This document shows, in pieces, positions 23,937 through 36,600 of a stretch of DNA of 62,000 nucleotides. The number at the start of each line of letters is the position of its first letter. The first letter of the stretch is position 1. A program made the position numbers and the translations under genes. The notes below the pieces were generated by a model that was given only the letters and a program-made list of their open reading frames with translations, had not been told where the DNA came from and made no database searches. The stretch spans positions 124,001-186,000 of the forward strand of contig MU054037.1 in NCBI GenBank assembly GCA_013239625.1, written 5' to 3'. This DNA comes from Lama guanicoe. Its lineage: Eukaryota.

Positions 23937-24096
23937 CAGTTTACCCTTGAACAACAAGGGGCTTGTTTGGGTGTACCCATCCCAACCTAGTCAAAAATCC
24001 ACAGATCATCTAGTATATTAGTATTTACTATTGAAAGTAAATCCACGTGTAAGTGGAACTGCACAGTTCAAGTCCATGTTATTCAATGGTTAACTA
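23937..24096. mobile_element. Tigger2-like (TcMar) non-autonomous DNA transposon
   Basis: Terminal inverted repeats CAGTTTACCCTTGAACAAC and GTTATTCAATGGTTAACTA, followed by TA. Confidence 0.7.
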
Positions 24097-24638
24097 TAAA
24101 TTTGAAATCAGCTTGTCAATTTTTACCCAAAAATGCTGCTATTTTTACTGGGACTGCACTGAATCTATACACCAATCTGGGAAGAAGTAATATGTTTTCA
24201 TTAAGTCTTCCTAGCCATGAATTTGGTGTAGCCCTCCGTTTATATAGGTTTTCTTGAATTCCTCTCAGAAATAATATATAGTTTGATATGTAGAGCTTGC
24301 ACTATTTTAGATTTATTCCTAGTTATTTAGTTTTTATGTTATAAATCTTATCATCTAAAAATTTTTATTTTCTTTTATTATTGCTATAACACAGAAATAC
24401 AATTGAGTTTTACATACTGACCTTGTATTTATCCTTCCCATTGCTTTTAATTTATTCCTGCATTTCTGTGCTTCCATCGGGGATCATTTTTCCATTAGTC
24501 TGAATTATTTCCCTTTAGCAATTCCTTGTGTGGGTCTGTAACAAATTTTTTTTTTTAATTTTTGTTTTCTAAACACTTTTTTATCTTCATTTTTGAGGAA
24601 TATTTTGCTGGATATAGAAATCTAGGTTAACTTCTTTT

Positions 24639-24682
24639 TTTAAATGTTTTTATTGAGTTATAATCATTTTACAATGTTGTAT
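24639..24682 (-). mobile_element. Ultra-short (44 bp) young L1 3' tip
   Basis: Perfect 16-bp TSD TAGGTTAACTTCTTTT (24623-24638 and 24683-24698); insert matches the 3' tip of the L1s at 8080 and 57450. Confidence 0.88.
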
Positions 24683-26564
24683 TAGGTTAACTTCTTTTAA
24701 GACATTATTCCATTTTTCATGGCTTAGCTTATTTCTGTTAAAAAGTCAGATGTGAGTCTTATTGTTGCTCTTTTAAAGGTAATACATCTTTTTTAACCTA
24801 TACTTTAGTAGATTTGTAGAGGAGGAAATATTGGATATGCAACTTGATAAGGGGAGCTAGTACCAGTCTTCGAGATGTGGGGGTCTCTCTCTTCCTCCTA
24901 GATGCCAAAGCCATCCAGGATTCAGTCCTGTCTTTTTAACAAAAGTGCCTACATGGACTGCCCCTGTCCCCTTTAGGAGCAAGTTCTTCTACTCACTCCG
25001 TGCACATGGGAGCAAAGTTTAAAGGCTAACCTACCTGGATCTTCCTACAGTGGTACCTGAATCAATAACTCACTTGTCCAAAGGCCTTACTGATATCAAT
25101 AGCTCCTTTCTGTGTGCTTAGAACACCCCCAAGAGCCACTCCTACTTGTATATTAAGCCTCTGCTTATGCAACTTTTGTTTGTCCAACTACAATCCAAAC
25201 CCATCTGCCTTCTATTTTTCAAAGATTGTCATAATGTCTGGGAGTACTCCTTCATGTTTTTCAACATCAACATACGTGCATGGATGCACATAAGTGTGTA
25301 TTCATCTAACTTTCCTCTAATATTTAGAGATTCTGGAAAGCAGAGAGGAGCCAGGAAAGGCTAGAACTTGTTCTTAGTGTGCCATCTTGACTCAGTCTCT
25401 TGGCTAAATTTCTAAGCACATATTGAACTCTTTTAATACCAAACAGCTGCTAGTATCATATGATCTTATTTGGAAATCTCTTCTTCTGAGGTGATATCAT
25501 ATTAAGCTATTTCAGTTTAAGACTCAATCCTCCTGTTAAAATTGGCATCTGCATGACACATGTGAATAAATTTCATTGTCCTTCCTCAAAATTATCTTTC
25601 AGATTTTAATATACCTGAAAAGAACTGAGAGTTCCATTTTATAGATTCCTATAAACAGATCACAATATGAAAATATTTTTGCTCAGCTATAACAAAAAAG
25701 AGAAAGAAGTATTTTAAAAATATGTGAAGTGCTAAAATTCAAAAATAAAAAAGCAACTCAGAAATTCTGAAATGTTATTTCCCTACACTCAACCCTGAAA
25801 TTACTTTAATCAACAGTCTCTTTTGCCAACACTAATAAATTCAGTATTAACTTATCACTGATTTACCACTGATTGAGAATTACAGAGTGAAATGAAAATT
25901 TGGAAACCTAAAATGGTCTCCAATTGGTTATACAATAGAAACTTTATGTAAAGAAATGCAATCCTGAAATAATGTAAACACTAAATACTCATGAGTTAAA
26001 TCTAAAGAGTTCAACAAAACAATCTTTTAAAAAATATTTAATGCATATCTAGTATCTCCTAGGCACTGCTCTCGGCATGGGATACAATCAGTGAACAAAG
26101 CAGACAAAATCCTCTGTTTTGTGGAGCTTATATGCCAGTAAATACATACAATTTGAATAATATGAACTTAGCCTTTTCCTACAAACATTATTAATAAGGT
26201 AGATAAATAATTTATGTCTAGACACAAATATAGATATCTCTTAGAGCAGTCCATCATACATATGTTTGAGAACATTTATAACACAGAGATATATTTAGCT
26301 ACTGACTTCAAAACACCAGTATAGCAATATCTTGTCAGAGAATGTGAGCAAGGTCAGGTGTCCTAAAATTTATCTGCCTAAGTGCTTCACTTGGAAAATT
26401 AGGTATTGGCTAGATTTTGGGTAAGTGTATTAGATTTTAGATAACTCTGAACAGATCTTAATTTACATCCCCAAACCAAGCAATTGAAATAATCCTGTGT
26501 AGACTGAGGAAAACACTCGATCTAGCAGGAGCAAGATTTTGATCCAGTATGCTAGCTACTGTAT

Positions 26565-26740
26565 ACAAGTCACATGTGGTTACTTAACTTTGGGTTGAAA
26601 TTTTAAAATTCACCTCCTCAGTCACATAAGCCACATTTCAAGTGTGCAGTAGCCAAACATAGCCTGTGGCTGCCATTTTGAACAGTGCAGATATAGAACA
26701 TTTCCCATACTGCAGAAAGTTCTATTGAACAGTGCTGCTC
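26565..26740. mobile_element. MER3/MER33-like hAT-Charlie DNA transposon relic
   Basis: AGCCACATTTCAAGTG...ATAGAACATTTCCC...AGAAAGTTCTATTGAACAGTGCTG. Confidence 0.7.
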
Positions 26741-27099
26741 TAGAGAATCAGAAGAGGCACACCACTCCTGGGGAAAAAACCGAAACTTTCTAAAGAGGGC
26801 TACAAAAAGTGACAATTTATAATAGCAAAGAATGTCTTCATCCCCATCCCTTGACTATTTTTTAAATTAAAAAAAATTCTCAACATTAAAATTCAAGGAG
26901 CTGAATCTTTCTAATGTTTCCTCTAAAATACTATAGCTAGATGAGACTTTTTTTAAAGGTATGTGACCTTCGGTGTATTTTCCTCCCTGAGACTATTGTG
27001 CTTCTTTAGAAAAGGATTCTCACCGTTAGACTCCGTGATGAAAAAGATATGCAAGTCTAGTTCCAGGCTCTGGGATTTCCCTCCATCAAGGAAGGACTC

Positions 27100-27442
27100 A
27101 GTCCACTGGGCCGCGAAGTCTGCGCTTGTACCCCTGGCCCTTCGGCTGAACTCCTACTGCCACTTAGCGGAGAAGAGAGGCATGGGCTCTTTCACCAATT
27201 TGGCGGTTGCCAAGCGACAGAGGTTCTGCCAGGCCGGAGGAGGAGGGCGTGGACTGAAAGATGCTGAGAGATCTGTAACAACATCGCCTTCTATTGGCTG
27301 AAGAGCTCCATCGTCATGAGCCAATGAGCAGACGCATACGGATGACGTCAGACGCCATGTGCCTCCTCCCACCCAGGCTCTAGCGACGCGTCTGGCGACC
27401 GCCTAAACTCACTTCTGACCGATGCAGGTTCTCTACAGTCCC
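27100..27442. promoter_or_regulatory. TCTN3 CpG-rich promoter, probably bidirectional
   Basis: X-box-like GTTGCCAAGCGAC 27206-27218; ATTGG 27293-27297; CCAAT 27321-27325; full CRE TGACGTCA 27343-27350; YY1-like CGCCATGT 27353-27360; no TATA. Confidence 0.75.
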
Positions 27443-27698
27443 ATGTGCATCTCGCAGCTCGCGCTACTGCAGGTGTTCTTCCTAATGGTCCCCCCGGGCG
27501 TCCGGCCTCAGCCATCTTTCTCCCCATCTGGTGCAGTGCCCACTCCTTCAGACCTGGGGCCAGGGACGCAGGTCGGGACCCTTCAGTCGTTCTCCGAGGG
27601 CACTGAAACTCCCTGGGCAGTGCCTGGGATCTCTACAGTGGGCCCTACTGTCGTGACCACCTCGGCGCCTGGGAATAGGACCGTGGACCTTTTCCCAG
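27443..27698 (+). CDS. TCTN3: TCTN3 coding exon 1 (256 nt; alternative in-frame ATG at 27422)
   Basis: [14 protein letters not shown]...NRTVDLFP; donor CAG|GTGAGG. Confidence 0.93.
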
Positions 27699-30600
27699 GT
27701 GAGGGGAGGGGATGTGGGAGTGGAAACTACTGACTTAGATCCAAAATTCTGTGAACAAAGTGACTTGCCACAAAGTAAGTAAAGGGTCTGTCGGGAGAGG
27801 AGGAATTAACACTTGAAAGAGTGTGGGGATCCTCATCCTGTTCGCTCTGCTTTATGTTATACTTTCATAGTCTTACCGATCTGTGTCTGTGACTTGACAC
27901 CTGGTGCCTGCGATATTAATTGCTGCTGTGACAGGGATTGCTATCTTCTCCATCCGAGGACGGTTTTCTCCTTTTGCCTTCCAGGCAGCGTGAGGTGAGC
28001 TTCGATGCTCGGGTTGAACCCCGAAGGGAATTGGGGCCCTAGAATAACATTTGGACGTAGGAAGAGTTAGCCTTCGTGCCTCCCACCCCCAGTTCCACTC
28101 CTTGAAGTGGAACTATCTTGGTTTTCACCAGGAGCACAGTTCTTCAAATTCTCTAGAACAGGGCTGTCCAATAGAATCGGACCTTAGTGTTGTCCAGTGG
28201 CTGCCCAAGGAGTCCTCTCTTTGGCATCGGACTAACTTCCCTGGGGCACCTTCTTGGGACCTAACCATCCTTCTAAATGTATCTATTCTCCCTCCTGTTT
28301 CCTCACAGGTCTTCACATTGGGTGTGTGTGGACAACTCTCTTATCTTCAGGAGTAATTCCCCATTTCCTTCAAGGGTTTTCATGGATTCAAATGGAATTA
28401 GGCAGTTTTGTGTCCATGTGAACAACTGTGAGTAGAAATATGTTGGCTGTCCTTATTGCCTAACATTTACTGAGAATTGGCTTTGCTTCTGGCCTTTTTT
28501 TTTTTTCTTTTCTGATTTTTAAACTCTTTTTTCCCCTGTGAATCATCCTCCCTCCCCTATCTTTCCCTCTGCGCCCTTTTTCTTTCTCTTATTAGTGAAC
28601 ATTGGCAATCTCTTATGCCCTATTGGCTATGATTCAGAAAACTCATACAGCACTCTAATTTCAGTCACCCCTCTGAGCTCAGATAGTTACAGATAGACTA
28701 TATCCCCCACTTGCTACAATCTCATGAAAGCACTCACTGAATCCCCCCAGTGCCTGACATAGGTGGTACCAAGTCATACTTGAATGAATGACTTTGACAG
28801 GTGAGTCTGTATCAACCTTATTTTTATTTCATGAGGCAACAGCATAAGGAAAGAGCATTAGTCTTGGGTCTCAGCCGTCTATTTATTTACTGGGTGCACA
28901 GTCTTGGACAGATCATATAGCATTTCCAGGCTTATTTCTCAACTGCAAAATGAGAAATAGTATCAGTACCCCTGAATATGAAAATGCTCTATAACTGTAG
29001 AGTGCAATAAAAATGAAAGATAGTTATTAAGATTTTTAAATAGACTTAGAAATTTACTAGTGATGACTTTAACATTTCTAAAGATGTACATCTAATACAT
29101 TTTGAAATTTATTATCTAAGAAGCAAAATAATGGTCTTAGATTTAAATGTCCTTTACAGCTTATCCTGATTGCATCTGCCTATTAGAAAATAAATTGCAA
29201 AACTATATTTGTTTCAGAAAATAACCAATTTTCGGTTTGGGGGGACTTGAATTTGGAAGCAGTTATTAGGAGCCTTACAGGTTGTGAGAAGGTAAAAGGA
29301 GCAAGGCAAATGCTCCATTTTAAAATAAGGCTGCAGCTGCCCCATTCTTTCCAAATCTCCCAGTGCCTTCTAGTTCTAGCCTATGAACATGCTCCAGGGA
29401 TATCGCAGTAGCATCCAGCTGATGCTCCCTGCTTATAATCCTCCTCCTCCCACGCCGTACTGCACACTGTTTCCAGACCAGTGTTTCTGAACTTTCTTTG
29501 CCTAACCACTCCTGAGAAACCATCCCTTAGAACTTATAGGATACTTTGAATTGTTGTCACCTTATAAGAACATCATATCTCCTCAGGTAAATTGTCAGCA
29601 CATGGAAAGAACGGAACATATCTTTGCCCACAGTAAGGGACATTATTCGTCAAAGGCTATACAACATGATAGAGTCAGAAAAACCCTACTCCAGGAATCA
29701 GGAGATCTGTGATTTACTCCTTGCTCTACCAGATGGCTCTGTGGCCTTTTGCAACAGATCCAGATTTCCTAATGGGAATGGGTTAGATGGTCTTCTGCAT
29801 CTGAAATTGTGTTAGTCTAAGTCAAAATACCATTAAGTTCTGTTGGGTGTAATATATCATATATGATGGTAGAAATTTTAGGCAAAAATTCTATTTATCC
29901 TTAGCCTATTCTCATCTGCATTATCACTGCTTACCATCACTACCACCAATATCCCTGCACTAAAGTGACAGACAAAATGTTAACTTCCTCTTATTCTTTT
30001 AAGCCATTAAGAAATACCCAGAAGGGTATTCACCATCTCAACTTATCTTCTTTCTTTGCTTAACTTGAACTTTTCTTTCATTTTTAAAGATAGAAATCAC
30101 TAGTTATATTTTTAATGAGATAAGTATTTCTTCAATGTGGTTTTCAGGATATGAGTTCTGAAGGTTATATTAAACAGCTCCTGAAAGCTTCAAAATTTGA
30201 CGACTTTGGATCAGAGATGGAAGAAGGTGGTCTGCAGACCAGCAGCATTAGCATCACCTTTTCCAGAGCAAGGATTTTCAGCCTCTAATATGCACCACAT
30301 TATTACCTGGAGGTCTTGTTAACATGCACATTCTGACTCAGTAGGTCTGGAGAGTGGCTTAATATTCTGAGTTTGTAACAACATCTCCAGTGATGCTTGG
30401 TCTACTAGTCTGTGCACCACATTTTGAGTAACAAAGATTTAGGAAATACACTGAAAGAGAGCAGTCTGAAAGGCCCCAGAATTGAGAATTATCTTCATTT
30501 CACGTTCCATCAGAAAGCTGAAAGTCAAGATTAAGACTTTGTGGTTGCAGAGGATAAAGGTCAAGCTTATGTAATGTGGCATCTTCATTAGCATTCAGTG

Positions 30601-33600
30601 ATGCAGGTCTTTATTCCCTTTTGAATCTGTCCAAATGACAATAATTATAAAGAACGAAAGGCACTAGTATGGGCCGTGTTTTTGCTTTGTGGTAAAGCAG
30701 AGTGCTGTCCATCACAGGCCACTCTCTGGGCAGGGGACAGTGCCAGAGGCCTTTTCCTACCACTCTTTCCTGGTTCTAAAGTGCCATAAGTAGATGGCTG
30801 CAGGAGCTTGGACAGATTTATACATTGCTGTAATAGGAATTACAGAATTCTTGCAGAAAATACTCTTTGTGGGTATTTGAAATCTTGAATGTAGAAATTA
30901 TAAAGTGAAAGGAACAAAATATGACAAATTCATATACTTGAGAGTTTGTACTTATTATGAGGACTGGTCAGTTGAATTTTTGAGGAAACGGGAAGACTTG
31001 GAGAAGACAAATATTGTCTCCAACTCTGCCATGTTCCTGTGGAAACAGTACCATTTTGTTGTATTTGAGACTCATCTGGTATGGGACAAATGTGAGCATT
31101 ATTGAGACTCCTATTTTTATCACAAATTGCTACTCGTACACATTCCTGGCATCAGAGACTTGGAACTGACTGATCTTAATACTAAAACAATAATTCAATT
31201 AACAGATTACAAATCAATTATAAGGTGATAGAAATCATAATCATTATTAACTTTCAAGATGGAGTATTGGGAACCTTCTGGGAAAATGTTCTATAACTTA
31301 ATCTGAGTGGTAGTAATAAGAGTACTAAGAGTAATAAGAGTAAATGTTTAAAAATTCTTTGAATTTTTGAATTTATGCTTAAGATTAGTGCATTTGCATA
31401 CTTTATTGGGTATATTTTATGCTTCTATAAAAGTGTTTTTAAAGATTAGTTTCTTGGTGTGTCGGATATTTAAAAATGAATGATTTTCTTTTATCTAAAC
31501 CCCTTTTCTTTTTAAAAATATTTTAGCAAAATTAAACTATTTCCAGAAGCTGCAAACGGTCAATGCAACCAACTTCCAGGCCCTGGCTACAGAGTTTGGA
31601 GGTGAATCATTCACTTCAACATTCCAAACCCAGTCACCACCACCTTTTTACAGGGTGAGCCTAGGGGAGGGGGAGGAGTTGTTTGGTTTGGTGTTTCCCC
31701 TCATGCTGACAGTTGACCAGGTATCTTTAAGGTACTCACCTGCAAGTAAGTAAGCCATTGTCAGCTTTTTTGGAGTATTTGCAGTATTGTCCACGTTAAT
31801 AAGCTATTGAGTTAACTTTTGTTTCTACTTTTTCTTTCCTGGTGGAGTTCAGTCCATTCTCACTATAAATAATTTTCTGCTCTGCTTTGTTTAGGCTGGG
31901 GACCCCATTCTGACTTACTTCCCCCAGTGGTCTGTAATGGGTTTGCTAAGGCAGCCTGCAGGAGTCGGAGCTAGGGGACTCTGTGCTGAGAGCAATCCTG
32001 CAGGTGAGTCCAGAGCACAAGTGCCAGCCTTTTTGTTGAGTTTGAAATAGGCTTTCTCATTTACCACTCCCTTAATTCTAAGGTTTCTTGGAGAGTAAAA
32101 GTACAACCTGTGCTCGTTTCTTCAAGAATCTGGCAGATAGCTGTACCTTGGATCCTGCCCTCGATGCTGCCTCTTACTATAACTTCACAGTCTTGAAGGT
32201 GGGTGTCCCTTCTCTCCCCACAGTCACTACTGTGTGCTTAAATTCATCATGCTTGCCACTCTTGGACTGTGGGAAGAGCACTGAACTGGAAGTCATAATG
32301 CCCAAGAGCTTCATGAAATGTAGAGGGCCTAGAACTCTGTCATCTGAAGAAAGATGAAAGAATTAGGGGTAGATAGCCAGGATAAGAGATTCTCACCCTC
32401 CTGCCTAATGGAACTGGCTAGGGAAGGTAGGAGGAGGTGACATCTTACTATTTCACCAAAACTTCACTTTTGTGGTTTGTTAGAGCTCTGCTCTGAGTGG
32501 TTGAGCATCGCAGTCCATCCAGCCTCCCTTCAGTCCTCCTCCTGGCATTTTAGTCTAAGGAAGAGTCAGGTAGAAATGAGGAAGTGAGCCATTCAAATAT
32601 ATTGATTCCCGACCCCCACCCCCTCACCACCAATAGGTGAACCCACAGGCTCCTGGAGATTTTCTGTAAGATATATGCACATTCATGACCCTGCTGTTCT
32701 CTTACGCTAGGTTCCAAGAGGTGTGAGTGATCCACAGAATACAAAGGTATGATTGTTTATTGAAGGTTTATCAGGAAAAAGGAAAGAGAATATTTGGTCC
32801 CTTTGCATCTGAGGCAATTTCACTCTAGATTGTAATGGTGAAAGAGAATGTGTGTGTGATGTATCAAACTGTTCAAGTAAAATCTAAAACAGTGTTTTCC
32901 CATGTGTGTTCTATATAATTAATAAGCACCCTATGAAGTAAGAATTGATAAGGTATTAGGTAAGTTTGAGAAACATTGTGTTAAATGAAGCTAAACGCTG
33001 TATTTGAGGTGGCCTTCTTAGAGTCTTTAACATTTATTGCTAGAGGGCCTTATTAATCTCCAAGAGAGGAAGTGTCAGATACAGTATTTCTAAAACTTAT
33101 TTGACCATGGAACCTTTATTTTATATCTAATAGAAGTAATATTCCAAAAAATACGTTCTGAGAAGTGCTGAATTAGAATGACTTTTGAACTTAAGTTGTA
33201 TGTAGACTGGCAATAGACAGAGAGAGGACGGTGATGGTCAAGAAGGAAAAGTATTCATTTCAGCATGCTATGCAGGTAGAAGAGAAAGTGCTGCTTTCAA
33301 TTTTGATTGATTTCCTTCTTTCCCTTCTAGTTTCAGGTGCCTGTAACACTTGTCTCACAGGCTGGCTCTCCTCTCTTGGCTGGAAACACCTGTCAGAATG
33401 TTGTTTCCCAGGTAGGGACACTGACCTCAGATTCTGGACTAATGTATGTTGATTGGCATTACCAGAGATGCTCCATCTTCCATTAAGTACCAGACCAGCC
33501 CCACATGAATTTTTGTGCATTACCCGAAACTTAACACATCAAAAACTGAGCCCACCACCTTCCTCCCTACTGTGTTTCAGTCATTTCCATTGCTATTGCC

Positions 33601-36600
33601 CTCCAGCATTTCACATCTAGAACATTAAGATTATTTCTGACTCCTCTTGGTTTGCCCACGTACAGTCTGTTAACGGTTTTTACTGATCGCAGTTTCTTAT
33701 GTTGACAAAGTCAGTATCATCTGAAAATATGAAATAGACTAGTCAACTTCTTTTCCTCTACTCTCTCTCTTCTAATCAACCTACAAAAGTAAGAATTATC
33801 GTAATAACATTTTAAAACTATGCTCAGAAATCTAAGGTTACCGTCACTTGTTTATGACATCCATCTCCAGCAACTATCTTTATTCAGCCTCAGACACTGT
33901 GACAGCCCAGTAAACCGGGTTTCCATTCCATGCTCACCTCTACCTCTGCTTCTGCTCACCTCTGTACACAATCAAAACTTATTTTTCTTCCCTTTCAACT
34001 CTTACCATAAACTCACCTTTCCCATGAACTCTTTCAAGAGCTCTCTCTAATCTTTTTTCATGTGGAGATATAATATGAAGTCAACTTTATCTTTTCATGG
34101 TATTTTTGTTTGGTATTTTTAAGATTACTTTTCAGTCTCCCTCATCCAGTTATTTTTTTAAATTGAGATATTATTGATGTATAGCATTGTATTAGTATTA
34201 GGTGTACAACATACTGATTTAATGTATGTATGTACTGTGAAATGAATGAGTTTAGTTAACATTCATCACCACATATAATCACAATTTTTTTCTTACCATA
34301 AAACTTTTATGATCTGTTCTCTTAGCAACTTGCAAATATATAATGCAATATTGTTAACTACAGTCACTGTGCTGTACCCTCATTCAGTTATAGTAAAATC
34401 CTTCAAGACAGAAGATCTTCTGCCCTAAACATAGTTGGCCCACTAAATAATTTTAATAATTGATTCTACGTTTGTATTTCAGGTCATCTACGAGATAGAG
34501 ACCAATGGGACTTTTGGAATCCAGAAAGTCTCCGTCAGTTTTGGACAAACAAACCTGACTGTCAAGCCAGGCACTTCCTTACAGCAACACTTCATCATTC
34601 GCTACAGGGTTAGGTCCCTTCTATAGGGAATGGAGAGGGAAAGATATATCTTTCTTTGCTTCTCTAACACATGCGAGAGGGAATAAGAACATGAAGGCCT
34701 AGTTCAATCGTCAAATGAAGCTTTGACATTTAATAGTCCATGATTTAATTACAGGTGATAAGGATTCAACAATGTTTATTCATTAACATGTTCTCTGAGT
34801 CTCTGGCCCCCAACAAAGCAGGACTACAATCACAAATCCAAATTCTTTTTTTTAAATGGTCATTTTAAATCATAAACTCAGCTAACATCCTGCAGAAATT
34901 CTTTATCTAGCTTTTTCACCTTTCTGGGCATTCAGTGTTTTATTCATTTCCAACTTAATCCACGTTTCCAGTCTCAATTGCTACCTTTTGACTTCTACTT
35001 ATTTCTTTCTGAACCCAGCAGAGTCCAGATTCTTCTCAACTCTACCCTTAAGTGATTAACCAAATCCCATGTCTCTCAGAGTTCATCTCTGGAACATCTA
35101 TAGTTAATTAAAATATTATTTCTAAATTACATTTAAATTCCTCTGGTTCAGCCAGCCTGAACATAGCCATAAATTAATAGTAATTTTTGAGAAACAGGAC
35201 TGAGAGATTATTGATAGATCTTTAGTTATAATCCTTAGTAGAAGTAGCATATAGTGAATTTCAATGTTCAGATCCTCAGGATTTATTTTAGTGAATAAAA
35301 AAAAGTAAAAGACACTGGAGTAGAAATTTCTGCAAAATGCTGTGTAAGGAAGCCAAGTTGTTCATTGCAGCTAGCCTACAGCACTGCCTTAAGGGAGGGT
35401 ATGAAGCCACACAGTGGAAGGTGGGAGAGCGTGCCTTTCTCCATAATTGACTTTTCTTCACTCTCTCTACAGGCTTCTCAACAGAGTGCAGCTGCTTCTC
35501 TTACTGGTCCTAGAAGTGGGAATCCTGGCTATATTATTGGGAAGCCACTCTTGGCTCTAACTGGTGATAAAAGACACTCGGTATCTTTTTGAATCTGTGT
35601 GGCCTCTTGCGGCCTAATGAGAAAAACTTTAGCTACTGACCTTGGATTTTCCAATTCTGAGGTTCCCCCGTTTTTTAGTTATTTAGGACTTCCTTTACCA
35701 AACCATTAAGGTATTATGTTCTCAAATATTGATGCCACCAAAGACTTTAGAACTTGTGTTAGACTAGCTAAGGATGAGGATCCTCACTGACTTACTTGTT
35801 TTAATGAAATATTTATATGCTGGTGCGTGGTCATCCATTTTTGGAAAAACCATAATTGTCTCTATTTTTTAATTGCTAGAGGAAAAAATTTGTGACTTGA
35901 ATAATATGATATTAATAAAGTATACTATTAAGGAAACAATAAGACCATAAAATTGCCAATCTGCCTACTTTTTTTCTGTTACAATCTTCTTGACCATTGC
36001 TTTCTCAGATGACCTTCTTACAGAGTCAGGGTGATGGAACTTGCTCTGTTAAGAGACACGAAGTACAGTTTGGAGTGAATGCAATATCTGGATGCAAGCT
36101 CAGGTAATTCTTTGTTTCCACATCATTTCCCACAATTTTGTCTCTGTAGGGAATACATTGATGTGGCAACTTTTATATTGTGAATCAGAGTTCAGAGAAT
36201 GCTACTTAGGAATAGTCTTTAAATAATATGAATATAGTTGAGAGTTTTTTGACAGTCTTTTATACCTACTAAGGATTATTTCCTCTAATTTATAATATCA
36301 TTTCTAATGTTTGGATGTGTATACTAATATGGTTATATTGTTATATGAGCATTGATTGGACTCCAGCCTCCATGGTGTTTCATTTCAGGCTAAAAAGGGT
36401 GGACTGCAGCCACTTGCAGCAGGAGATTTATCATACTCTTCACGGAAGGCCCAGACCAGAGCACGGTGCCATCTTTGGTAACGCTGACCCATCCCAGAAG
36501 GGAGCATGGACTAGGATCCTCAGCAGGAACTGCAGTGTTTCAGTAAGGAGAGAGACACACATTCTCACTGACACTCCCTTTCCTCTTTTGTTTATTAAAA

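Larger units (their letters stand above)
23400..24800 (-). mobile_element. Old L1 ORF2-derived fragments
   Basis: T-rich antisense L1 motifs (ATATCCAGTTGACCCAGCA, CCTCCAACTTTGTTCTT, TTTTGCTGGATATAGAA). Confidence 0.6.

Noticed and set aside
27024..27034. Minus-strand GGAGTCTAACG (ESN) resembling the start of human ENTPD1 exon 2
   Set aside because: Only ~11 nt and not followed by the ENTPD1 transmembrane sequence; not exon 2, likely coincidence
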